Shown: one piece after another, positions 39,596 to 48,857 of the stretch
How positions within the stretch are numbered: position 1 is the stretch's first letter
Layout of the letters: each line of letters begins with the position of its first letter
DNA from: Candidatus Sulfomarinibacteraceae bacterium
GTDB lineage: Bacteria > Acidobacteriota > Thermoanaerobaculia > Thermoanaerobaculales > Sulfomarinibacteraceae
Length of the DNA stretch: 64,000 bases
NCBI GenBank assembly: GCA_963796455.1
Contig: CAWCLO010000004.1
Location: 1,152,001 to 1,216,000, forward strand
Direction: 5' to 3'
Made by a program: the position numbers and the translations under genes
The notes under the pieces: generated by a model
Seen by the model: the letters and a program-made list of their open reading frames with translations, nothing else
What the model was told of the DNA's origin: nothing
The model's database searches: none

Positions 39596-39782
39596 GGAGG
39601 TGCCCAATTCGCCGACTGGACTCCTGACCGCTGCCGCTGAGCACTGTCGCTGCCGCTGCAATTCGGACACGGACGCGGACGTGGGGTAATCCCGAACGGG
39701 TTATGCCAAAAACCAACCCGTAAACCACATGATGTCGATCGGGCAACTCAACATGACGATTTGTCTCGGAATGCTGTGTTCC
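39596..39782 (+). repeat. Dispersed non-coding repeat, copy 2
   Basis: Collinear homologue of 34463-34708 lacking the hexamer expansion. Confidence 0.8.
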
Positions 39783-39807
39783 AGAATCCAGCATCCAGCA
39801 TCCAGTA
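39780..39807 (+). repeat. Heptamer tandem repeat (TCCAG(A/C/T)A) x4
   Basis: TCCAGAA TCCAGCA TCCAGCA TCCAGTA. Confidence 0.8.
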
Positions 39808-39869
39808 TCGACCTTGGGCCGGGTCGCGTATCATGCCCCGAAGACAATTGGGCCTGATTGGAGACCCCG

Positions 39870-40667
39870 ATGCTCGACCTTCTTCTCGATCCCGGATTCT
39901 GGGCGGCACTTTTTTCAGTCACTCTGGTGCAGATCGCCCTCGGTGCCGACAATCTCATCATCATCACCATCCTCGCCGGCAAACTACCTCCCGCGGAACA
40001 AAAAAAAGCGGTTCGCTGGGGGCTGATCCTGGCAATGGCTTTCAGGCTCATTCTTCTCGGGATGGTGAGCTGGGTGCTCCGATTCGCCGGGGAGCCCTTC
40101 CGTCACTTCGACACCACCATCCTCGGAATCCATTTCCAGGGCGCCATCAGCATCAAAGCCCTCGTGCTGGTGGGCGGCGGATTGTTCCTGATCTGGTCCG
40201 GCGTCAAGGAGCTCCGGCACAAAATCAAGGGCGCCGAGCACGAGGTCGAGGGCGCCGCCAGTTTTGGCAAGGTCCTGACCACCATCGTCGGTCTCAACCT
40301 TCTGTTCTCGGTCGATTCGATTCTCACCGTGGTCGGGATGACCGACATCTACCTCGTGATGGCCGGTTCGGTGGTGATCTCGGTTGTGTTGATGTTGGTC
40401 TTTGCCGATCCTATCGCCAAGTTCATGCGGGAAAATCCGGACTTCGAGATCCTTGGGCTCTTTGTTCTGCTGTTGATCGGCTTCGTGCTCTTTCTCGAGG
40501 GTGGCCACGTCGCCCACATGACGGTTAACGGCAGCGAGTTCCCATATATCCCACAGTGGATCACGATCTTTATCCTGCTTCTGATGTTCTCGGTCGATTT
40601 CTACCAGAACTGGCTCGAGCGCAAACGCGAGAAGGCGCCCGTCGAACTGCGCCGACGGAAGAAATAG
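39870..40667 (+). CDS. TerC family membrane protein
   Basis: IALGADNLIII, GGLFLIW...EL, FSVDSILTVVG and LLLIGFVLFLEG motifs. Confidence 0.9.
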   Translation: MLDLLLDPGFWAALFSVTLVQIALGADNLIIITILAGKLPPAEQKKAVRWGLILAMAFRLILLGMVSWVLRFAGEPFRHFDTTILGIHFQGAISIKALVLVGGGLFLIWSGVKELRHKIKGAEHEVEGAASFGKVLTTIVGLNLLFSVDSILTVVGMTDIYLVMAGSVVISVVLMLVFADPIAKFMRENPDFEILGLFVLLLIGFVLFLEGGHVAHMTVNGSEFPYIPQWITIFILLLMFSVDFYQNWLERKREKAPVELRRRKK

Positions 40668-40687
40668 AACCAAAACGGAGGTCCGTG

Positions 40688-41188
40688 ATGAGGGAATTGA
40701 AATGCGGTCGGTTTGTATTGTTATTTGCCGTGATCGTTGCCACTGCCTGTGGTGGCGCCGGGACCGCAGACTCCAAATTGGTCGCGCAGGAGGCGCCGCA
40801 ACCGGAACAACCTGTGGATCATTCGGATCCGGCAGCTACTGCGTCATTGCCGGCCGAACTGTTGGGGCGTTGGAAGCTGGTGGCCATTGATGGTGAAGCA
40901 ATTGCCGAGGTCGGCACGACCCCGTTTGTCCTTTTTGCCGAGGACGGCACCGTCGGCGGTGTCGGCGGCATCAATCGATTCAACACCAAGGTGACCGTCG
41001 CCGAAGGCAAGCTGTCTTTCAGCCCTGCCGCAATGACGAAAATGGCCGGTCCGCCGGAGGCCATGGATCTCGAAGACACCTTCATGAACCGACTCATGTC
41101 AGCCTCCTCGTATGCAGTCGACGGTGACAACCTCCTCATGTGGGCCGGCGACAACGAGGCGCTAAAATTCGCGCGCAATACGCCTTGA
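40688..41188 (+). CDS. META-domain (HslJ-like) lipoprotein
   Basis: Lipobox VATA-C, WKLVAIDG, GVGGINRF and AMTKMAGPPEAMDLEDTF. Confidence 0.85.
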   Translation: MRELKCGRFVLLFAVIVATACGGAGTADSKLVAQEAPQPEQPVDHSDPAATASLPAELLGRWKLVAIDGEAIAEVGTTPFVLFAEDGTVGGVGGINRFNTKVTVAEGKLSFSPAAMTKMAGPPEAMDLEDTFMNRLMSASSYAVDGDNLLMWAGDNEALKFARNTP

Positions 41189-41898
41189 TTCACCGGCAGA
41201 TTCCGGCTGCGAGGCTGTGCTGCTTATTCTGGCTGGCCGGTATTGCGGCGACAGCCGCCGGCCACGCCGTTCCCGAGCCTCTCGGAAAACTCCCGGCAAC
41301 CTTCGAGGGCGAGCTTCCCTGCGCCGACTGTCCGGGCATCTTCTATCACCTGGATCTGCTCCCCAATGACGTGGTCTTTCTCCGAAAAACCTTTCTCGGC
41401 CGTGGAACGGGCGCCATCCGTGACCAGCTCGGATCGTGGCGCGCCACCGGCGGCACCATTCACATCGCGCTTGCGGGCGACGGACCATCCGACTTCCTCA
41501 TCAAGGATCGAGACACACTGATGGTGCTGGATGGCACCGGCCCGAACATCGAAGCCTCCCTCGGCCACGATCTTCGACGCAGAGATTTCATGGGAACCAT
41601 CACGCCCCGGCTGGCGATCCGCGGCATCTTTGACCGGCGCGGCGAGGGTTGGTTGATCGACCAGTGTTCCTCGAAGCTGAGCTTCAACGTTTCTTCCGGT
41701 CGATATCTCGAAGACCTGCAGCGGGCCCTTACTGATTCCCAGCCGCACATCGGATCAGGGCTTCTGATCGAGATCGAGGGCGCCATCTCCTACCAATTGC
41801 AGCCGAAAAATGGCGGTGCAATGCTCACCATACGCCCCGAGAAGATTATCGACATGTGGCCGGGCAAAGAGTGCCCGGCCGAGACCATGCAGGACTGA
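41185..41898 (+). CDS. NlpE/CutF N-terminal-domain protein
   Basis: FEGELPCADCPGI motif after a signal-like segment; TTG start overlaps the upstream TGA. Confidence 0.75.
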   Translation: MIHRQIPAARLCCLFWLAGIAATAAGHAVPEPLGKLPATFEGELPCADCPGIFYHLDLLPNDVVFLRKTFLGRGTGAIRDQLGSWRATGGTIHIALAGDGPSDFLIKDRDTLMVLDGTGPNIEASLGHDLRRRDFMGTITPRLAIRGIFDRRGEGWLIDQCSSKLSFNVSSGRYLEDLQRALTDSQPHIGSGLLIEIEGAISYQLQPKNGGAMLTIRPEKIIDMWPGKECPAETMQD

Positions 41899-41915
41899 TT
41901 GGATATCATGCCGTC

Positions 41916-42428
41916 ATGGAAAACTCACTGAGCTCACCGGACCCGACAACCGTCCTTCGTTTTGCAACCGAAGATGACACCGCGCAAATCCTCGACTTCA
42001 TCCGCCAGCTCGCGGTGTACGAGAAGATGGAAGACGAGGTGGTGGCGGATGAAAACCGCATCCGCGAAACACTCTTCGGTGAGCGCCGCTCCGCCGAGGT
42101 CGTCATCGCTTCACACGACGGCGAGCCCGCCGGTTTCGCGCTCTTCTTTCACAACTACTCGACCTTCCTCGGCCGCCCTGGCGTTTATCTCGAAGATCTT
42201 TTTGTCATACCGAAGCTGCGGGGGCGGGGTATCGGCAAGATCCTGCTCGCCACCCTCGCGCGGATCGCCGTAGAGCGCGGCTGCGGTCGACTCGAGTGGT
42301 CGGTCCTCGATTGGAATGAACCGGCGATTCGTTTCTACCGCCGCCTCGGTGCCAAACCGATGGATGGGTGGACGGTCTTTCGCGTCACAGGTGAGACACT
42401 CGAAGAACTTGCCGGTGGATCGAGCTGA
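41916..42428 (+). CDS. GNAT N-acetyltransferase (spermidine/diamine acetyltransferase-like)
   Basis: NYSTFLGRPGVYLEDLFV..RGRGIG and RLEWSVLDWNEPAIRFY. Confidence 0.9.
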   Translation: MENSLSSPDPTTVLRFATEDDTAQILDFIRQLAVYEKMEDEVVADENRIRETLFGERRSAEVVIASHDGEPAGFALFFHNYSTFLGRPGVYLEDLFVIPKLRGRGIGKILLATLARIAVERGCGRLEWSVLDWNEPAIRFYRRLGAKPMDGWTVFRVTGETLEELAGGSS

Positions 42429-42503
42429 TCGCCACTGTTGCTCGCGATCGACAGCGCACACAACGTCCCGGATCGAAAGCGATACCGAGCGCAATGGTCT
42501 TCT

Positions 42504-43058
42504 TCAGCTCCACACCACCACGACGAGGTAGACAATCGGAATCACCAACCCGGCGATCAGCAACCACCGCCCGCGCCCTCCGAGACCCTTCTTGCCCGTG
42601 ATGATGAATATCCCGGTGCACGCGAGCACCAGGAGTCCGACCGCATAGAGGTCGGCAAACCATGTCCAAAACCCCTTGCCATGGTTGAGATGGAGGTAGT
42701 TGACCTCGAAGAAGGCGAATCGGCGGCGTGCGTGTTCGTCGACGACCCGGCCTCCGGGCAGGCCCACAGTCAAGGTCCGTTGTTCGAGAAAGACCTTGAT
42801 CTGATCGGGCCCCATCCGGGCCACGGACCGCGGCTCATCAGAAATCTGCATCCTGTCCAGGACTTCGGATGCCACTTCCAGCCGGGCCCCATCCGGCAGC
42901 GAACCGATTTCGACCACTTCCCGACGGATGACGTAACTCGGGTTCCAGTCGTCGATGTGGTTGACCGCCACTCCTGAGATGGCGTAGATCACCGTCAGCC
43001 CGGCAAAGAAATAGCCGACATCGCGATGGGTCGCGATGATCAGCTTGCGCAGCTTCAT
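42504..43058 (-). CDS. PepSY-associated TM helix domain protein
   Basis: HRDVGYF...YAISGVAVNH and YLHLN...WTWFADLYA...TG. Confidence 0.8.
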   Translation of the reverse strand: MKLRKLIIATHRDVGYFFAGLTVIYAISGVAVNHIDDWNPSYVIRREVVEIGSLPDGARLEVASEVLDRMQISDEPRSVARMGPDQIKVFLEQRTLTVGLPGGRVVDEHARRRFAFFEVNYLHLNHGKGFWTWFADLYAVGLLVLACTGIFIITGKKGLGGRGRWLLIAGLVIPIVYLVVVVWS

Positions 43059-43065
43059 GAACTGC

Positions 43066-43566
43066 TCAGCCTTTGATGACTGCTCCGGTACCGCGAATCA
43101 TGTAGACGTATTCATCCACAACAGGTGCATCGCAACCAGCACCCTCGCCCTCGCCGGAACCGCCTTCCTTGTCGCAGCTCTCACCTTCTTCGTGCTGGTG
43201 CGCCGCCGCCTTGCGCGCTTCGATCTGCTCGGGTGTCAACTTGATGGCCTCGAAGACGCCCTGTGCCGAAGCTTCGTTCCCCATCGACTCGTAGGGAAAG
43301 ACGATCACGCCGTCCTCGACCTTGATGCGGACGCCGTTGCCGCTTTCGGGATCGGTGACCTGCATCCAGCATCCGCGCTTTTTGCAGACACCGGTGATCA
43401 CGCCGTCAATCCGCACATCCTTGCCGACGTAGTCGTTCGGGTTTTCGAGCAGGGTGTCGATTGCGACCGCTTTTTCGATCGTGACTCCATCGCCGTAGGA
43501 ATCACCGGCAAGCGCCGGGCCGGCTACCAGACCTACGAGGGCGATGAGAATGAGAAGTCGTTTCAT
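43066..43566 (-). CDS. DUF4920-like secreted OB-fold protein
   Basis: Signal peptide, G.I..VCKKRGCWM motif, AGGAGG-like RBS (GGAGGT). Confidence 0.75.
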   Translation of the reverse strand: MKRLLILIALVGLVAGPALAGDSYGDGVTIEKAVAIDTLLENPNDYVGKDVRIDGVITGVCKKRGCWMQVTDPESGNGVRIKVEDGVIVFPYESMGNEASAQGVFEAIKLTPEQIEARKAAAHQHEEGESCDKEGGSGEGEGAGCDAPVVDEYVYMIRGTGAVIKG

Positions 43567-43626
43567 TTGAGTACCTCCGGTACGTTTTGGCTCCAGATGG
43601 CATCCTCTCTCCTAAGCTTTCTGGTG

Positions 43627-44316
43627 TCAAGCAAAGAGGTCGGATCGGGCCGAACGAAGTGAGAGCCACCGGTTGTCGGCGACGATCAGATGATCGTGGA
43701 CCGAGACACCGACAACTTGACCCCCCTTGACCATTCTTCGGGTGAGTTCCAGGTCGTCTCGGCTCGGCTCCAAATCGCCCGACGGGTGATTGTGGAAGAG
43801 GAGAACTCCTGCTGCACGATCATGCAGCGCGAGCCTGAAGAGCTCAGCGCCGTCAACCGGTGCCTGAGTTCGGGTACCGAGGCTGAGCTCATGGATGGCG
43901 AGAAAACGATGGCGTCCGTCAAGGCTCAGGAACCCGAAAACTTCTCGATGCTCGCGGCGCAGACGATGGACGAGATACGCCCCCGCAATCTCGGGTTGAT
44001 CGAGTCTTTCAGCAGTCTGAAGTTTGGCGGTGGCTATTCTCAAACCGATTTCGATGGCCGCCAGCAGAGATGCGGCCTTGGCGGGCCCAAATCCAGGCCG
44101 GTCGATCAACTCAGCGAGATCGAGGCGTGAAACTCCTGCCAGGCCCCCCGCATCGACAATCAATGCGTGTCCTTCGGCGACCGCTCCGTGCCCTCGCCGG
44201 CCGGTTCTCATCAGCACCGCCAGCAACTCCGCATCCGACAGAGATCGCGCGCCATATTCGAGCAGACGTTCACGGGGCCGTTGCGACGGCTCCATATCGC
44301 GAATGAACTGGGTCAT
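43627..44316 (-). CDS. radC: RadC (UPF0758, HhH plus JAB/MPN domain) protein
   Basis: RPRERLLEYGARSLSDAELLA, GFGPAKA, HNHPSGDLEPSRDD and HDHLIV. Confidence 0.93.
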   Translation of the reverse strand: MTQFIRDMEPSQRPRERLLEYGARSLSDAELLAVLMRTGRRGHGAVAEGHALIVDAGGLAGVSRLDLAELIDRPGFGPAKAASLLAAIEIGLRIATAKLQTAERLDQPEIAGAYLVHRLRREHREVFGFLSLDGRHRFLAIHELSLGTRTQAPVDGAELFRLALHDRAAGVLLFHNHPSGDLEPSRDDLELTRRMVKGGQVVGVSVHDHLIVADNRWLSLRSARSDLFA

Positions 44317-44489
44317 TGAATTCTCCCGGGAATTCGTTCCCGGCGTGGAAGGGATTGCGAGGATGATAGCACGCACAGAACCAGCGATTTCAGGCCCAAT
44401 ATCAGGAACGATAACGAGAACTACCCTCGACGCGGCTCAATCTTTGTGGTACAAAAACTTAGGAGAAACTCCTGCGATTGGGGGGCACG

Positions 44490-44894
44490 ATGAAGCAACG
44501 TCCACGGACCCGCGAAACAAGACAACGCAGAATCGTCTACGAGACAGTCAAAAACACTTACTCCCACCCCACCGCCGATTGGGTTTTCGAACAGGTTCGT
44601 CAAACCCTGCCCAAGGTTTCACTCGGAACGGTCTATCGAAACCTCAATGTCTTGAAAGATGAAGGTCGGGTTCGAGAGATACACGGCAATGATCGCCGTG
44701 CCCACTACGACGCCGATATTTCACCGCACGGACACTTCATCTGCGAAGAGTGCGATCAGATCATCGACGTTCGCGGTATCGAAAAGATCGACTGGCGTCC
44801 TCTGAAGGACCTTGTGGGCTGCGAAGTCACCGAACAGAAGGTCGTTTTCGGCGGTCGTTGTGCGGGCTGCCAGCAGGATTTGAAGCAGGCCTGA
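44490..44894 (+). CDS. Fur family transcriptional repressor (PerR-like)
   Basis: HPTAD, SLGTVYRNL, HGHFICEEC and C-terminal CAGC. Confidence 0.9.
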   Translation: MKQRPRTRETRQRRIVYETVKNTYSHPTADWVFEQVRQTLPKVSLGTVYRNLNVLKDEGRVREIHGNDRRAHYDADISPHGHFICEECDQIIDVRGIEKIDWRPLKDLVGCEVTEQKVVFGGRCAGCQQDLKQA

Positions 44895-44901
44895 CGACGA
44901 A

Positions 44902-44936
44902 CTCGGAGTAATGAGTTCGGAATTCGGAGTTCGGAT
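44902..44936 (+). repeat. Degenerate heptamer tandem repeat (TTCGGA(G/A/T)) x5
   Basis: CTCGGAG TAATGAG TTCGGAA TTCGGAG TTCGGAT immediately after the Fur-family stop codon. Confidence 0.65.
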
Positions 44937-45014
44937 TTCCAGAGGCTCGCAGGAGAGTCTTCAAACTATTGAATCGGTTGCGCTTATCTAAGTGGAATCT
45001 AATGTGTGAAAGGG

Positions 45015-45263
45015 CTATTCGGCGACGACTTCGGTGATCTCCGGCGCGTAGAGCTTGATTCGCTCCGCCACAAAATCAGACAGCGTCGATTGTGCCATCG
45101 CACATCCGCGACAGGCGCCGTGGAGACTGACGCGAACGATTCCGAGCTCGACACTCACAAGGTTGACATCGCCACCATCCGCCTGGATTGCGGGTCGAAC
45201 CTCCTCGATGGCAAATGCGACCCGATCCTCGACATTTCCTTGCGGCCAACTCGCCATATCCAC
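45015..45263 (-). CDS. NifU-like (Nfu) Fe-S scaffold domain protein
   Basis: VRPAIQADGGDV...LHGACRGC; GGAGG 6 nt before the GTG. Confidence 0.9.
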   Translation of the reverse strand: MDMASWPQGNVEDRVAFAIEEVRPAIQADGGDVNLVSVELGIVRVSLHGACRGCAMAQSTLSDFVAERIKLYAPEITEVVAE

Positions 45264-45370
45264 CCCATTCCTCCGTCAGAACGCTGCAACCAACAAAAGG
45301 TGGCGTATCATTCCCACATGAGTTCGCCATCCGAAATCGAGGAAATTCACCATCGCCGTCTCCAGTCGGC

Positions 45371-45396
45371 GAACCTTTCTCGCCGCACCTCCGTTT
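45371..45396 (+). promoter_or_regulatory. Putative autoregulatory ECF-sigma promoter GAAC-N17-CGTT
   Basis: GAACCT at 45371 and CGTTT at 45392, directly upstream of the ECF sigma ATG at 45410. Confidence 0.55.
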
Positions 45397-45409
45397 GTAG
45401 GGGTGAGTA

Positions 45410-45997
45410 ATGGATATGGCGGAACTCGAAACCACTGTCGAGCGCTGTCGCAAAGGCGACGAGGACGCATGGAGCGCGCTGGTGAGCACCACCTTGCGCC
45501 CTCTCTACCGTCTGTGCGCCAGTTACGCCCCTTCGGCGGCCGAGGCCGAGGAGCTGTGCCAGGAGGTGTACTTCAAACTGTGGGAGAACCTTCACCGCTA
45601 TAAGACGGGCTCCAATTTCATGGCCTGGGCATGGCGGGTGGCAAAAAACCTCATCATCGATTCCTACCGGCGAAGCCGCAGAGAACGTGAGGCGGCCTGG
45701 CTCGACCCGGAGATCATCAATCACCTGCCATCCTCCGATGATCCCCACGAGCAGACCGAACGGCGGCAGAGACTCCGGCTGATCGCCACCAGCCTGCAGC
45801 AGATTTCGGAAGAGCTTGCAACACTGGTCTTGATGCGCGATTTCGCCGGCATGTCCTACCAGGAAATCGCGGAGGCGACCGAGCTGCCGCTGGGAACCGT
45901 CAAGTCCCGTCTCAACCGGGCTCGTCTGGAGCTCGCCACATCCGTCCGCCGCCGCGTCCAGATTCGCGCCGTTCCGCCGGTCGAGGGACTTGCGTGA
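45410..45997 (+). CDS. ECF sigma-70 factor (RpoE/SigW-like)
   Basis: AEELCQEVYFKLW..L, F.AW..RVAKN..ID and region 4 MSYQEIAE..LPLGTVKSRLNRAR. Confidence 0.93.
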   Translation: MDMAELETTVERCRKGDEDAWSALVSTTLRPLYRLCASYAPSAAEAEELCQEVYFKLWENLHRYKTGSNFMAWAWRVAKNLIIDSYRRSRREREAAWLDPEIINHLPSSDDPHEQTERRQRLRLIATSLQQISEELATLVLMRDFAGMSYQEIAEATELPLGTVKSRLNRARLELATSVRRRVQIRAVPPVEGLA

Positions 45998-46740
45998 TGG
46001 CAACGTGCACCGAGATCCGTGAGCTGTTCAGCCTCCACCTCGACGGCGAGCTGGAAGCACAGCAACAGGTGCTCATTCAAGACCATCTCGATGGATGTGA
46101 CGAGTGTCGTTCGCTCCTGGAGACGATGCAGGAGATCGTCGGCGCCGGGGCCATGATGGAGAGTCTGCAACCACCACAGGGCCTTGACGAGGACCTCTCG
46201 TCGTCGCCTTGTCGCCTGTGGCTCGGTCTGCTCTTTCAGGCCGTGGACCGCGAGATCTCACAGCACAACCTCGAGCGGCTCCTGACCCACCTCGAGTCGT
46301 GCGAGGGCTGCCGAACGGCGTGGCAGGATCTGACCCTGATCCATCAGGTCGGCGACGCGATGGTGCCGCCGCGGCATCTGCTGCAACAGTGCATCAAGGC
46401 CCGCGACAAACCCGTTGCTGCTCGTCCGCTGTTAAATCGTCGCCTTGCAACCGTCGCCGCCTACTTCCTGGCCGTGTTCACATCGCTGGTCGTCGGCAAC
46501 CCGGTCTCTCTCGCGCGCAGCGAGGCGGGGACCGCTGTCGGACGCGTCGCCGAACGGGTCAGCGAAGAAGTGACCGGTGTGGCCGAACAGGGACGCGGAG
46601 AGGTCCGCGTCATGGTCTGGCGCGCCTGGAAATGGGGCGAGCGCAAGGTCGAGGCCGTTCGAAATTTTGTCGCCAAAGACAACACCACCAATGACCCCGG
46701 GACCGAGACTCCCGCCACGACCGAAGGAGAAAGTTCATGA
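45994..46740 (+). CDS. Anti-sigma factor with two zinc-finger (zf-HC2/ZAS) domains and one TM helix
   Basis: HLDGCDECR and HLESCEGCR motifs, TM segment VAAYFLAVFTSLVV; coupled to the sigma gene. Confidence 0.85.
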   Translation: MMATCTEIRELFSLHLDGELEAQQQVLIQDHLDGCDECRSLLETMQEIVGAGAMMESLQPPQGLDEDLSSSPCRLWLGLLFQAVDREISQHNLERLLTHLESCEGCRTAWQDLTLIHQVGDAMVPPRHLLQQCIKARDKPVAARPLLNRRLATVAAYFLAVFTSLVVGNPVSLARSEAGTAVGRVAERVSEEVTGVAEQGRGEVRVMVWRAWKWGERKVEAVRNFVAKDNTTNDPGTETPATTEGESS

Positions 46741-47336
46741 ACGATACGCCCGAAATCGAAGATGTCGAGGTTCCGGAAAAACCGACTCCTCCAGCCCCAC
46801 CCGCTCCTGGGGAAGCCCCGCCGCCGCCTCCGGCCAAGGTTGTAGTCCCCACCTACGACCCCGGTCCGAGCCCGCCGAAGTCCCCTCCCCTGGCGGCCTT
46901 TCTCTCGGTGCTCTTTCCAGGAGTAGGTCACCTCTACACGTGGGCATACGAACGCGCCTTCATGATCTGGGCGACGATCGCGTTGTGTATCGCCCTGTTG
47001 ATTCAGGGTCTCTGGCCGTTTTCGTTTCTGATTGCTTTCGTGTATTTCTTCTCTATCTTTGACTCGTACCGGGAGGCGCAGTTCTTCAACATTCGCGCCG
47101 AAGGCGAGGAGCTTCCGAAGATCAAGGCCGATAGCAACGGTCGTTTGATGTTCGGCGTTTTTCTGGCGGTCGCGGCCGCCGTGGTTCTGGCCGACAAATT
47201 CAATCTGTTCGACATGGGCTGGTTGTACGACTGGTGGCCGGTTCCGGTCTTTCTCCTGGGTCTGTATTTCATCGCGGCGGCAATCTGGGATCGATTCAAG
47301 AGTAAACAACCGCGCGACGAGGACAACGAGTACTGA
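46737..47336 (+). CDS. Membrane protein with Pro-rich N-terminus (TM2-like plus LiaI/LiaF-like TM segments)
   Basis: KSPPLAAFLSVLFPGVGHLY and WWPVPVFLLGLY; third gene of the sigma operon. Confidence 0.7.
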   Translation: MNDTPEIEDVEVPEKPTPPAPPAPGEAPPPPPAKVVVPTYDPGPSPPKSPPLAAFLSVLFPGVGHLYTWAYERAFMIWATIALCIALLIQGLWPFSFLIAFVYFFSIFDSYREAQFFNIRAEGEELPKIKADSNGRLMFGVFLAVAAAVVLADKFNLFDMGWLYDWWPVPVFLLGLYFIAAAIWDRFKSKQPRDEDNEY

Positions 47337-47364
47337 CACGAACATCCACATCAACTGAATGAGC

Positions 47365-47395
47365 AGGGGGCGCGAGCTATCGCGCCCCCTTTTTT
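47365..47395 (+). terminator. Intrinsic terminator of the ECF sigma operon
   Basis: AGGGGGCGCGA-GCTA-TCGCGCCCCCT followed by a T run. Confidence 0.85.
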
Positions 47396-47492
47396 GTTGC
47401 GTTCTATTAAAACGAGAATAATACGCAGTATAATAATCAATACGTTTCAATGCGCGAAAGTTCAATCAGTGCCAGCCAGAAAGGAAATGGCC

Positions 47493-48683
47493 ATGGAGAA
47501 TTTTGTGAATCGACCTGGTATTCCTCGACAAGACGTGGACAATCCACCCTCCAGACACGATCGGCTAGGCAACAATCGATTCGTCGCCGGCATTGCTGCA
47601 ACGGTCATGCTTCTGGCAACTCTGCCGGCCGGGGCACAGCTTGCCACCAAGGACCGGGGTGAAATGGCAAAACCGGTTCAGGTTCGGCTGAAAAGCATGA
47701 AGGCACCACGAATCGAGATCCGGGCCAAGGACGCCGTCGCACACACCTTCGTGCCTCGAAAGGCACCCACCAACGGGATGTTCGTCGAAAAATCGGCAAC
47801 CTTCGCCGTCACCTACATAGGCTTCTCCCCCGCCGCAGAGGCCGCATTCCAGTACGCGGTCGATATCTGGTCACAGCTCATAACTTCTGCAGTCACCATC
47901 AACATCAATGCGACGTGGGGCCCTCTTGGCGAAGGCGTCCTCGGTTCAGCCGGTGCCAATCAGTATTGGTATTACGGTCCGCAGCAATATATTTTTCCGG
48001 ACGCCCTGGTTGACGCCCTCGTCGGAGCCGACCAGGGGGGCGGGGCCGCAGATATCGTGGCTACGTTCAACAGCAACTTCGGCGATTGGTATCTCGGAAC
48101 CGACGGCAATCCGCCGGCCGGCAAATACGATCTTGTCAGCGTCGTCCTTCACGAAATCGGGCATGGGCTCGGATTCCTGGGTCTGCCCATAGTCGATGAC
48201 GGGGCAGATGACGCGGAATGCAACGGGACGGCAGGTATCGGGTGCTGGTTGGCGGGCCCGACGAACCCGGGTATTTTCGACATATTTACCGAGGACAACC
48301 TCGGTAATGCGCTTTTGAACCAGGGGCTTTTTCCTGACAACTCATTCCAGTTGGGCAACGTTCTTACCGGAATGAACGTCTTCTTTGACGGAACCGGCGC
48401 CAGGGCGGGCAACGGCGGGAACCCTCCGGAGCTCTACGCTCCCGGAACGTGGGACGGCGGATCGAGTTACGCTCACCTCGATGAAGCAGTGTTTCCGGCC
48501 GGGAATCCGAACTCACTGATGACGCCCTTTCTCGCTTCGGCGGAAGCGATCCACAACCCCGGTTTGATCACCCTCGGCATCTTCAGCGACATGGGGTGGA
48601 CCGTCGCCGATCCACCGATCTTCAGCGACGGATTTGAGTCAGGAGGCACCGGCAATTGGACCTCGACGGTCGGCGGATTGTGA
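47493..48683 (+). CDS. Secreted zinc metalloprotease-like protein with C-terminal DGFESG tag
   Basis: Signal-like segment, YDLVSVVLHEIGHGLGF (HExxH), GSSYAHLDE...LMTP and terminus IFSDGFESGGTGNWTSTVGGL. Confidence 0.8.
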   Translation: MENFVNRPGIPRQDVDNPPSRHDRLGNNRFVAGIAATVMLLATLPAGAQLATKDRGEMAKPVQVRLKSMKAPRIEIRAKDAVAHTFVPRKAPTNGMFVEKSATFAVTYIGFSPAAEAAFQYAVDIWSQLITSAVTININATWGPLGEGVLGSAGANQYWYYGPQQYIFPDALVDALVGADQGGGAADIVATFNSNFGDWYLGTDGNPPAGKYDLVSVVLHEIGHGLGFLGLPIVDDGADDAECNGTAGIGCWLAGPTNPGIFDIFTEDNLGNALLNQGLFPDNSFQLGNVLTGMNVFFDGTGARAGNGGNPPELYAPGTWDGGSSYAHLDEAVFPAGNPNSLMTPFLASAEAIHNPGLITLGIFSDMGWTVADPPIFSDGFESGGTGNWTSTVGGL

Positions 48684-48857
48684 TCGGCGGGATCAGGATC
48701 TCGCCCCGACTGAACCGATATAACCACCTCGAATTTTCGAAAGGTCAAAAAATCCAAGGTTTCCCCGTTACCTCAGCGACGATTGCGCGTCCTGAAACCA
48801 GAAGCGGAATTGAATATTTGCGTTCCAACGATTGAACGACTCACAGGAGGCACCCAA

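Noticed and set aside
43627..44316. radC as marker of a mobile or defence island
   Set aside because: It is a full-length chromosomal-type RadC among housekeeping genes, with no integrase, att site or transposase nearby.
47396..47470. AT-rich patch with TATAAT upstream of the metalloprotease
   Set aside because: It is probably just a promoter region, with no convincing -35 or operator palindrome and too short to indicate foreign DNA.
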